From: an uncultured Bacteroidia bacterium
Lineage (GTDB): Bacteria > Bacteroidota > Bacteroidia > Bacteroidales > UBA932
Length of the DNA stretch: 64,000 nucleotides
Reading direction: 5' to 3'
NCBI GenBank assembly: GCA_902785825.1
Contig: CACZZZ010000010.1
Coordinates: 9,262 to 73,261, forward strand
Position 1 is the first letter of the stretch; every line of letters starts with the position of its first letter. This document shows positions 18,679 to 26,911 of this stretch, piece after piece. A program made the position numbers and the translations under genes. Under the pieces are notes generated by a model that was not told where the DNA came from, did no database searches, and saw only the letters and a list, made by a program, of their open reading frames with translations.

Positions 18679-21600
18679 TTAGTTAAAAATATACTTGATA
18701 CCGATGGAAGCGTACCAGCACTGGCCGAGGTCATGGAAAGGAACAAAGGTCTTGGTGCTGCCGCTGATGGCGGATGGAGTTGAGAATGTGGCGAAACCGT
18801 CAGCATCGACTCCCTCATACTTGAGGATGCGGGCCTCTGAGCCAATCGCGGGATTGAGATACTTGCTCACGCCCCAGCTGGAGTTGAAGAGGTTAAGGAC
18901 ATTCATGAGGTCGAATCCGAGCTGAAGGGTGTTCTTGGTGTTACCAGCCTTGACAGTGAAGTCGTGCTTGTAGCCGAAGTCAACCCTGTGAACCCAAGGA
19001 GAGTAAACGGTGTAGGGCTCAGCGTAGCCACCCTGATGCTTGCTCATGTACTTGTCCTTGTGGACATAATCCATGAAGCGGTCGCGGCTGTCGGTGTTGA
19101 CGAAACGGAACTCGTTCTTGCTGACCTGCTCATCTGTAGGAATATAGATGGCATCGTAAGCGTAGCCGTCACCATTCATGTCGTTGGTGAGCATGTAGGA
19201 CTCTTTGTAGCCACCTCTCCAGGTCTCATAGATGAAATTGAAGTGGTTGCCACTCTTGTCGCTGAGGTCAAGAGCCGCCACGACACGGTCAGGAGTCACG
19301 TACTGTGAGTTGTGAAGCTTGATGTAGTTCGGACCCTCGGAAGTAGGGACGTATGTGAAAGCGGACTCAGCGGCAGAACCAGGCATACCGGTAATCTCCT
19401 TGGAGACGGTATGGGTGTAGGCGGCCATAAAGCTGACACCCTCGACAGGACGGACGTTGAAGGTCACGTTACCGGTCCAGCCATAACCCTTGCTGGTGTT
19501 CTCAAGGACAAAAGCCTTGGTGGCGTTACGGAAACCGGAAGGATAGATCGGACGGTTGTCAGCTCCGTTGAACCTGGCGTAACCGCCGACGTTGGTCATG
19601 CTCCAGTCAGAGATGGACACGCCGTTGATGGTCTTGTTGAATATACCCTCAGCGGTGAGGCTCATCGGGAACGCGGTCGGGAATGAGTAGTCAACAGCGA
19701 GGGAAGTCTTCCAGATCTGAGGCATCTTGAAGTCAGGATCGACAGCGCTGATGGAAGAAGGCACTGTGCCGGACTCAGGAGAGACAGTAGTAGGATAGCC
19801 CATGGAGACGAGTTTGTTGTACAGGGCGTTGACTGTGGCCTTGCCATTCTCGGTGACGAGACCACCGGCGAACTGTTTCATATCGATGAACCTGTTACCG
19901 TCCTTGTCTGTCGTGTAAGCGCCTGTATAGTTCTTATAAGCGTCGATGACACCCTTCTTGGCATCGTAAATCTTTGTCTTGCCGTTAAGCTGGGCCTGAT
20001 ACTGGACAAGACCACCGTTGGTAGGCATATTGGTGAAGAACACGAGAGGCAGACGTCCTGAGAAGAAACCGGTACCGCCGCGAACCTTCAGGCTCTTGTC
20101 ACCGCGGACATCCCATGAGAAGCCGAGACGAGGGGAAATCGTGATAGCACCAGAAGGCCACTGGCCTGTGTCGATGTGGGTCTCCTCGTAGTTGTGAGCC
20201 TTAGGATAGTATGTCAAAGCCTTGATGGCGGCATTGGTCATAAGGTCACCATCGTCGAAGAACAGGCCGTCAACACGGGCACCGTAAGTAAGCTTGAACT
20301 TGTCAGTGGCGTTCCACTCGTCCTGGACATAGATTCCGAGCTTGTGGAAACGGACACGGGCAGCGGGCTTGAGCTCACCGTCGTAGCCGTAGGTAAGGTT
20401 GACGATCTCAGGAGCGGCACCTGACAGGAAGTCATTGAGACTGCTGTAACGGTAGTAACCGGAACCATTACGCATGTACTGGTTGTCAGCCATCTGGTAC
20501 TCGTAGTTGACACCACCCATGATCTTGTGGTTGCCTTTGTACCAGGTCAGGTCGTCCTTGATGTTGTAGTTGATCTCATTGACGGCGTTGTTCCAGGTGA
20601 AGAGCTCATAACCGAGAGCCATGTAGTTGTTCTCCTGGGTGTCGTCAAGGATGTCGATGAAGGGGAACTCCTCGGATGTACTGCTACGAATAGGGTTCTG
20701 AACCTTGGAATATGTGGCGAGGAACTGGTTGGAAAGATTGTCGGACAGACGGCTGTTAAGGTCGAATGACCAGGTGCTGACCATGTTCCTGTTGGCATAC
20801 ATTGAGTTAGCGAAGGACATCGAGTACTGGGACATACGGGCTCCGGACATACGGGTACCACCGTCCATCGAAGTGGCGTTGGGGGTGTTCCAGGAGTTGT
20901 TCAGAGTGTAGTTGTACCTGATCGCGAGGTGATGGTTGTTGGAGATGTTCCAGTCGATACGGGCAAGGAGCTTGGTGTTGTCCTCATCGGCGGGGAAATC
21001 TGTCCAAGAACCTGTGTCGTAACCGTATTTGCTCTTTACGAAATCAGAGGCTGTCTTAAGGTCAGAGAGTTTCGTACGGGAAATCTTATTGTCAGCATCC
21101 ATCTTGCCATCCTCGGATCCTCTCCAGCGATTGACAATCGTAGGGATCTTGGACTGCTCGGCGTTGACGAAGAAGAAGAGCTTGTTCTTGATGATAGGAC
21201 CTCCGAAAGTCATACCGTAAGTGGTGCTGCGGTCCTTGTCGCGGGCGCCACTGATCTGCTCGCCCTCGATGGCGTCACCGCGAAGGTTCTCATTGCGGTG
21301 ATAGACATAAGCGGATCCCTTGAAGGTGTTGGTACCGGACTTTGTGATAGCGTTGATACCACCACCGATGAAGTTGGTCTGGCGCACGTCGTAAGGGGAA
21401 ATCACGACCTGAAGTTCCTCAATGGCGTCAATCGAGATAGGATTGCCACCACCGGGAAGTCCGGCGCTAAGGCCGAAGTTGTTATTGAAGTTCGCTCCGT
21501 CAACAGTGAAGTTGGAGGAACGTCCGTCCATACCGGCGAAGGTAGTACCATTACCACCGTAAGGAGAAAGCCTGGTGACATCGGTAATGCTTCTTGAGAC

Positions 21601-22053
21601 AGTCGGCAAATTGGAGATCTGCTGGCTGTTGATGTTCGTGGCCGCACCAGTCTTCTCGACAGCGAGTTTGGAGGCGGGAGAAGCGATGACAACGGAAGAC
21701 TCCAGCATCTCATTGTCAGCCTTAAGCTGTGCGTTGAGGTTGAAAGTCTCAGCGAGCTGGAGAGTCACGTCCGTGTACTCGATGGTCTGGTAGCCCAGGA
21801 AGGAGATCGTCACCTTGTAGGGACCACCGACACGCATACCGTTGATCGTGTAGTTACCGTCGATGTTGGCCACGGCGGCATACTGGGTGCCTGAAGGAGT
21901 GTGGACTGCTACCACAGCGGCTCCAGTCAAGGGCTCCCCGGTCTCATCCTTGATGTTTCCGGCGAGGCTGGAAGTCGTGACCTGAGCAAAGGCGGCGACT
22001 CCCGCAAAGATCGCCACCAAAGCGGCAAATCCTCTTTTAATTGATTGAACCAT
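18679..22053 (-). CDS. Oar-like TonB-dependent outer-membrane transporter (no SusD partner)
   Basis: Start trimmed to MVQSIKRGFAALVAIFAGVAAFAQ (ATG at 22053). N-terminal carboxypeptidase-regulatory-like domain (GNIKDETGEPLTGAAVVAV...DGNYTINGM). Plug segment and a long beta-barrel ending in the aromatic terminus IKYIFN. Confidence 0.85.
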   Translation of the reverse strand: MVQSIKRGFAALVAIFAGVAAFAQVTTSSLAGNIKDETGEPLTGAAVVAVHTPSGTQYAAVANIDGNYTINGMRVGGPYKVTISFLGYQTIEYTDVTLQLAETFNLNAQLKADNEMLESSVVIASPASKLAVEKTGAATNINSQQISNLPTVSRSITDVTRLSPYGGNGTTFAGMDGRSSNFTVDGANFNNNFGLSAGLPGGGNPISIDAIEELQVVISPYDVRQTNFIGGGINAITKSGTNTFKGSAYVYHRNENLRGDAIEGEQISGARDKDRSTTYGMTFGGPIIKNKLFFFVNAEQSKIPTIVNRWRGSEDGKMDADNKISRTKLSDLKTASDFVKSKYGYDTGSWTDFPADEDNTKLLARIDWNISNNHHLAIRYNYTLNNSWNTPNATSMDGGTRMSGARMSQYSMSFANSMYANRNMVSTWSFDLNSRLSDNLSNQFLATYSKVQNPIRSSTSEEFPFIDILDDTQENNYMALGYELFTWNNAVNEINYNIKDDLTWYKGNHKIMGGVNYEYQMADNQYMRNGSGYYRYSSLNDFLSGAAPEIVNLTYGYDGELKPAARVRFHKLGIYVQDEWNATDKFKLTYGARVDGLFFDDGDLMTNAAIKALTYYPKAHNYEETHIDTGQWPSGAITISPRLGFSWDVRGDKSLKVRGGTGFFSGRLPLVFFTNMPTNGGLVQYQAQLNGKTKIYDAKKGVIDAYKNYTGAYTTDKDGNRFIDMKQFAGGLVTENGKATVNALYNKLVSMGYPTTVSPESGTVPSSISAVDPDFKMPQIWKTSLAVDYSFPTAFPMSLTAEGIFNKTINGVSISDWSMTNVGGYARFNGADNRPIYPSGFRNATKAFVLENTSKGYGWTGNVTFNVRPVEGVSFMAAYTHTVSKEITGMPGSAAESAFTYVPTSEGPNYIKLHNSQYVTPDRVVAALDLSDKSGNHFNFIYETWRGGYKESYMLTNDMNGDGYAYDAIYIPTDEQVSKNEFRFVNTDSRDRFMDYVHKDKYMSKHQGGYAEPYTVYSPWVHRVDFGYKHDFTVKAGNTKNTLQLGFDLMNVLNLFNSSWGVSKYLNPAIGSEARILKYEGVDADGFATFSTPSAISGSTKTFVPFHDLGQCWYASIGIKYIFN

Positions 22054-22169
22054 AATGGATTGAAGTAATATAAAAGTTGTTATATTTTTCCTCTTTTCTA
22101 AATAACCTGCGAAATTAATATAAATAATCGGGTTGCTAAAATTTATTTCATTCATACAGAGAATTATCT

Positions 22170-22177
22170 TATCTTTG
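22170..22177 (+). promoter_or_regulatory. Bacteroides-type -7 promoter box (TATCTTTG) for metK
   Basis: Matches TAnnTTTG. It places the transcription start just upstream of the candidate riboswitch. Confidence 0.4.
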
Positions 22178-22183
22178 CGGACG

Positions 22184-22243
22184 AAAACTTCCGGGGAAGG
22201 ATTTGCACCGCTTGCAACCCCGGTCAAAAAAATGCTAAAGAAT
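22184..22243 (+). promoter_or_regulatory. Candidate SAM-II (SAM_alpha/metA-type) riboswitch in the metK leader
   Basis: CCGGGG (22191-22196) / CCCCGG (22217-22222) stem enclosing GAUUUG....GCUUGCA. Followed by an A-run and GCUAAAG immediately before the ATG. This order of blocks matches my recollection of the SAM-II consensus. No covariance model was run. Confidence 0.45.
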
Positions 22244-23491
22244 ATGAACTATCTTTTCACTTCGGAGTCAGTCTCCGAGGGCCATCCTGATAAGGTGGCC
22301 GACCAGATTTCAGACGCTATTCTCGATGAGTTCCTCCGCCAGGACCCTGAGTCCAAGGTGGCTTGCGAGACTTTCTGCTCGACAGGACTTGTGATAGTTG
22401 GAGGTGAGGTCACCTCCGAGGCCTATGTCGATATTCAGGGAACCGTTAGGGACGTTATCAAGAATATAGGCTACACGAAGGCCGAGTACATGTTCGACAG
22501 TGGTTCCTGCGGAGTTCTCTCCCAGATCCACAGCCAGAGCCCGGACATTCACCGGGGTGTCTCGAGGGAAGATCCTGAGGACCAGGGAGCAGGAGACCAG
22601 GGCATGATGTTCGGCTACGCCTGCAAGGCGACGGAGGACTACATGCCTCTGGCGCTTTACCTCTCGCATCTGACACTCAAGGAGCTTGCGGACATCCGCC
22701 ACAACGAGCTTCACCTTATGCCTTACCTGAGGCCGGACTCAAAGGCCCAGTTCACAATCGAGTTCGACTCTGCCGACAAGCCTGTCAGGATCCACACTAT
22801 AGTTCTCTCAACCCAGCACGACGAGTTCGACTCGGATGAGGCTATGCGCTCAAAGATCGAGGCTGATGTGCGGAACATCCTTCTACCCAGGGTTATAGCG
22901 AAGCTTAAGCCTGAGACAGCAGCCCTTTTTAAAGGGGATTTCATCCTCCATGTGAACCCTACCGGCAAATTCGTGATCGGCGGCCCCGCTGGAGACACCG
23001 GCCTTACCGGCAGGAAGATCATCGTGGACACCTATGGAGGCCGCGCTCCCCATGGCGGCGGAGCTTTCTCAGGCAAGGACCCGTCCAAGGTGGACCGCAG
23101 CGCCGCATACGCCGCGAGATATATTGCCAAGAATATGGTCGCTGCAGGCGTGGCCGACGAGATGGTGATCCAAATCGCCTATGCGATCGGAGTGGCCAAA
23201 CCTGTCAGCATTTATGTCAACACAAAAGGCACGGGAATAATCCCCGACGCCGAGATCGCTGACAAGATCGGGAATATCTTCGACCTCCGTCCCGCGGCGA
23301 TTATCCGCAAGTTCGGTCTGAAGAATCCGATCTATGGTCCCACAGCGGCTTATGGCCATTTCGGCCGCGAGCCTTACACCAAAGTCCTGGAGCTCATGCG
23401 AGGCGGAAAGACCGTCAAAGAGGAAGTCCAGTTCTTCGGCTGGGAAAAACTGGACTCCGTCGATCTCATTCGTTCCGAATTCGGACTCTAA
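22244..23491 (+). CDS. metK: S-adenosylmethionine synthetase
   Basis: Start trimmed to [28 protein letters not shown]. Also [10 protein letters not shown] and [19 protein letters not shown]. Confidence 0.95.
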   Translation: MNYLFTSESVSEGHPDKVADQISDAILDEFLRQDPESKVACETFCSTGLVIVGGEVTSEAYVDIQGTVRDVIKNIGYTKAEYMFDSGSCGVLSQIHSQSPDIHRGVSREDPEDQGAGDQGMMFGYACKATEDYMPLALYLSHLTLKELADIRHNELHLMPYLRPDSKAQFTIEFDSADKPVRIHTIVLSTQHDEFDSDEAMRSKIEADVRNILLPRVIAKLKPETAALFKGDFILHVNPTGKFVIGGPAGDTGLTGRKIIVDTYGGRAPHGGGAFSGKDPSKVDRSAAYAARYIAKNMVAAGVADEMVIQIAYAIGVAKPVSIYVNTKGTGIIPDAEIADKIGNIFDLRPAAIIRKFGLKNPIYGPTAAYGHFGREPYTKVLELMRGGKTVKEEVQFFGWEKLDSVDLIRSEFGL

Positions 23492-23691
23492 GATATTGGC
23501 ATTCCCCGCATAGCTACTGCTCAATCGTCATTCGGAAAGTACGCAGTCCTTCCACAATCTGGTCAGGCGAGGTTACCTTCTTGGCCATGATCCAATGCGT
23601 AGAGACAGCGCCCGAGTCAATGTCCTGGATAACAAATGTCCTCACCATTCTCGTCAACGAGCCGGCTGTCTTTGTACCTGAAGGATCGCTT

Positions 23692-25026
23692 CTAAATCGG
23701 GAAACTGACTCCGAAGGTCATGCTGATGTTGGACTTGTCAACAGGAATCATCTGTGGAGTCACCCTGAACGAGTAAGAGTCTATTCCCCAGAATATGTTG
23801 AATCCCGGAGCGTGGACATCGAACGCTCCTCCAAACGACCATCCGAAATTGTGTCTCGCGCCGCTCAGGTTCAGGCTCAGCCAAGAGAGAGGTGTCCAGC
23901 ATCCGAAGAGACGAACCTCATTGTAGCCATAGAACTCGTACGGCTTATAGGTGTACAGGATCGCCGCTGAAATGTCCTCATTGAAAGGCATTTTGTACTT
24001 CGCCCCGACATTGAGACTAATCGGAAGGAATTCGAAAGAATTCGCTTTTTTGTCCTGAATATTGAAATCGAATGAATCCCGGATGTCTTCAAGAGGCTGT
24101 AATTTCGAGTCGGAATCAATGTCCTCATTCGGATCGTACCGGTAATTGGCATCGGATTTCGCGTAAACTTTGTCCAACCACTTGATTCCACCGGCATCAA
24201 GGACTGAAGCGGAGATGGTAAAGTTCTCAGTCAGGGGATATTCCAGCCCCAAGTCAAGTGCGAGACCAAGGCCGCCGAATCCGAGTTTGTACCGATTGAG
24301 CCCGAGACTGCCGATATTGATCCGAGTCTTGTCGTTCTCATAGTCGCTCCATGTGACAAGCCCCCCCGCGATCTCTATGTCGGCATGCACGTCTTGTACC
24401 CATCCCTTGCCGGACGCGTCAAGTGTGACATCTCTGCCGCGGAACCTTCCGTGTCCAAGCCCGATGAGAGGCTTTACCCTTATGCCGTACTTGAGCTTTC
24501 CCCACTGGCGGCTCTGCCCGTAGGCTAACTCCAGATAATTATCGACACCGGCATCTATTCCGGTCAGGTTGAAGAAATTCTTATTCGCGATGCCCTCCTT
24601 AAGAAGGCTGATGTAGTCATACGGGACACGTATCTGACCGGCATATTTAAGTGTGACATCGACAGTGTGATACACATCTCCCCTTTTAAAACCGGTCGCG
24701 AAAACCCCGAAATCAAGGTTCATGTTGATTCTCACACCATTCGCAGGGATATTATCCATGACGGTTTTCGCCGGAATGTGCTTGTTCAACGCCGTGACAA
24801 GACGGTCTTCATAGGGATAGAATATGTCGGAGAGACCGATATTGCTTCTACTGGTAGCGCCGGCCAGGCTCAGGATCCCAGTCCTGAAAGCGGTCGAATC
24901 GGTGAATGCCGGATTCTGGCGGTACGCGAGGTGATAGCCTTCGAGGAAATAACCGGACTGGAAATTTTGCGCGGAAAGTCCGGCGGAGAGCAACACAAGG
25001 GCGCAGGATATGATAATCTTTCTCAT
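23692..25026 (-). CDS. Outer-membrane beta-barrel protein of unknown function (DUF5723-like / PorP-SprF-like N-terminus)
   Basis: 444 aa. Signal peptide ending SAQ. N-terminal QSGYFLEGY..AYRQNPAF. Alternating beta-strand pattern throughout; C-terminus ends FGVSFPI. Confidence 0.55.
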   Translation of the reverse strand: MRKIIISCALVLLSAGLSAQNFQSGYFLEGYHLAYRQNPAFTDSTAFRTGILSLAGATSRSNIGLSDIFYPYEDRLVTALNKHIPAKTVMDNIPANGVRINMNLDFGVFATGFKRGDVYHTVDVTLKYAGQIRVPYDYISLLKEGIANKNFFNLTGIDAGVDNYLELAYGQSRQWGKLKYGIRVKPLIGLGHGRFRGRDVTLDASGKGWVQDVHADIEIAGGLVTWSDYENDKTRINIGSLGLNRYKLGFGGLGLALDLGLEYPLTENFTISASVLDAGGIKWLDKVYAKSDANYRYDPNEDIDSDSKLQPLEDIRDSFDFNIQDKKANSFEFLPISLNVGAKYKMPFNEDISAAILYTYKPYEFYGYNEVRLFGCWTPLSWLSLNLSGARHNFGWSFGGAFDVHAPGFNIFWGIDSYSFRVTPQMIPVDKSNISMTFGVSFPI

Positions 25027-25029
25027 AGT

Positions 25030-26829
25030 CTAGTTCTTATCAATCAAACGTTCAACATCCTGCCTGATCTTGTTCAAATACGTGATGTATCTGACCAGTT
25101 TAGGATCCACCGTAACGCCCTCAGGAACCTCAAGGGCTATGTTCTTCAACCGGATGGCCTGCTTCTCATTCAACGGGGTGTTCGTCATCACTCCTCCACC
25201 GATGCTGAACTCAATACGGAGTCCGTCAAAGGGGACGATAGTGTCAGTGTTGAGTCCGATCTCGACCCTGGAAGATGACGGGGCGTCAAGTGTTCCTGCC
25301 TTTATGTCGCTCTTCACCACTGGAGAATATTCACTGACCACATTCCCGTCCTTGTCAATAAACTCTATATGGAGGTTCAGATCCACGGGGATGGTGTTGA
25401 CAGCATCCATCGTGATCCTCATCGGGCTGATGAAATCAAGGGTCATCGTCGTGTCAACCCCGAAGCCGTGGATGTCCTTATCCGCGGAAAAAGACGCATC
25501 CTTTCCCAGCCGCAGGGGCATGAACGCCCGGTTGGTTACCTTGAAACCGTAGTCCACACCAGGACGGACCTTAGCCCAGACCTCATCCTGACTCACCTCG
25601 ACACTGCCGAAGGTGACCGCCATGACAGATTCCTTGTTCTGGAGAACGTCGGTAAGCCCGTCAATCTTGTAGGACATGCTTCCCTCAGGGACATTCCTTC
25701 CAGTTCCGGAGAAGTAAAGGCTGGTGTTCATCTCCGCGGGGAAATGAATGGGAGTCTTGCCATAAAAGCTGCCGAGGGGGAACTCTCCCAGCGCGTCGAA
25801 CTCTTCGTTGTAGATTCTCAGTATAGTGCTGTATTCCACACCGGCGGGATATCTGCTTTCCACCTGGAACTCACACTCAAGATCGTATGGTTCCAAATCA
25901 GCATAGGAGGTAAGAAGATTCAGTGTGATCGGAAAAGAGAACAGGTTCAGGACAACTGGAGTCTCGCCCAAAATCACCTCCGCCTCGTCGAACTTACCTT
26001 CAGGGATAATGACGGAAGCCTCTCCGCCAAGAGTCACATCTCCACTGAGTTCAGAGGTCACGTCTGCCGAGGAAAGACGCAATGTTCCATCCAGCGAGAT
26101 AGTCCCTTCAAGATTCATCTCGGCCTCGTCCGGGACCTGAATACCATTCTCAACAAACAGTTTGTTCACGGTAAACGGTACAGCCAGGCCGTCCTCTGAA
26201 GAGACGGTCAGGTCTTTTTCAAGCGTGAGGACGTGGTCTGAAGTGAGGGAGAACGGCCCCGAAGTTTCAGAGGCGAACGCCCATTCAGGGAGCTCGATAG
26301 TCGTTCCCTTCATGAGTGTGAACCCTTTCAAAGGAGCCAGAGAGAAGTAAATAACCCACTCCATTGGCTCAAGGTCAACTTCCCTGACGGCCGAAACTCT
26401 GTTTCCAAGACCTTTAGTCCCCAGAGTGAACCCCATCGGAATCTTTACAGGGATCTCCTTGGACTTCCATCCGGAAGGGAAATTGGCGGGAATTTCCACC
26501 TTGTCAATTTTCTGGGAGGGCTGAATGGCGACAGAGTCGATCAGGTATTCCACTTCCCTTTTACTCGAGTCGATCAGGACGCACAGGTTTCCACCCTCGT
26601 CGAAATCAAAAAGATCAGTTTTCTTCAGAACTTGTTTCTGAACTTTTACAATCCCCCTGACAAGTGGGCCGATGGAAACGGATTCCAAAGAGCCGATCGG
26701 AAGTGTGGCTCCGGGAACCACTGTGACCCTGAGATCCACTTCCTTGTTCAAATCATAATCCTTGTCAATGGTGCATGCTGAAAGGGCCAGCATTACGAAT
26801 ACTGAAGCCCAAAAGCGGATTTTTTTCAT
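25030..26829 (-). CDS. Hypothetical lipoprotein (599 aa)
   Basis: Lipoprotein signal VMLALSAC. Beta-rich sequence with no motif I recognise. Its stop lies 3 nt before the start of the downstream barrel gene. Confidence 0.55.
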   Translation of the reverse strand: MKKIRFWASVFVMLALSACTIDKDYDLNKEVDLRVTVVPGATLPIGSLESVSIGPLVRGIVKVQKQVLKKTDLFDFDEGGNLCVLIDSSKREVEYLIDSVAIQPSQKIDKVEIPANFPSGWKSKEIPVKIPMGFTLGTKGLGNRVSAVREVDLEPMEWVIYFSLAPLKGFTLMKGTTIELPEWAFASETSGPFSLTSDHVLTLEKDLTVSSEDGLAVPFTVNKLFVENGIQVPDEAEMNLEGTISLDGTLRLSSADVTSELSGDVTLGGEASVIIPEGKFDEAEVILGETPVVLNLFSFPITLNLLTSYADLEPYDLECEFQVESRYPAGVEYSTILRIYNEEFDALGEFPLGSFYGKTPIHFPAEMNTSLYFSGTGRNVPEGSMSYKIDGLTDVLQNKESVMAVTFGSVEVSQDEVWAKVRPGVDYGFKVTNRAFMPLRLGKDASFSADKDIHGFGVDTTMTLDFISPMRITMDAVNTIPVDLNLHIEFIDKDGNVVSEYSPVVKSDIKAGTLDAPSSSRVEIGLNTDTIVPFDGLRIEFSIGGGVMTNTPLNEKQAIRLKNIALEVPEGVTVDPKLVRYITYLNKIRQDVERLIDKN

Positions 26830-26867
26830 TGAAGCTATAATCGTGAAGATGTTTTTTACCCATCCAC

Positions 26868-26875
26868 AAATATAG
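26868..26875 (-). promoter_or_regulatory. Bacteroides-type -7 box (TATATTTG on the minus strand) for the lipoprotein/barrel operon
   Basis: Plus strand reads CAAATATA, about 40 nt upstream of the start at 26829. Coordinates +/-1. Confidence 0.4.
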
Positions 26876-26911
26876 CGGTTTTAAAGTAATATGCCAATAA
26901 ACATGGAGCCG

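Noticed and set aside
22054-22243. 5' extensions of the TBDT ORF (to 22227) and the metK ORF (from 22133), which overlap each other.
   Set aside because: The TBDT signal peptide starts at the internal Met (22053) and MetK homology starts at 22244. The extensions cover an AT-rich divergent promoter region and the candidate riboswitch.
23514-23588. 24-codon minus-strand ORF (MAKKVTSPDQIVEGLRTFRMTIEQ) in the metK/barrel intergenic region, faintly resembling the N-terminus of IS3-family OrfA (..PEQIV.KLR..).
   Set aside because: Only about 10 loosely similar residues. No inverted repeats, no continuation of the reading frame and no other IS remnants. This is too weak to call.
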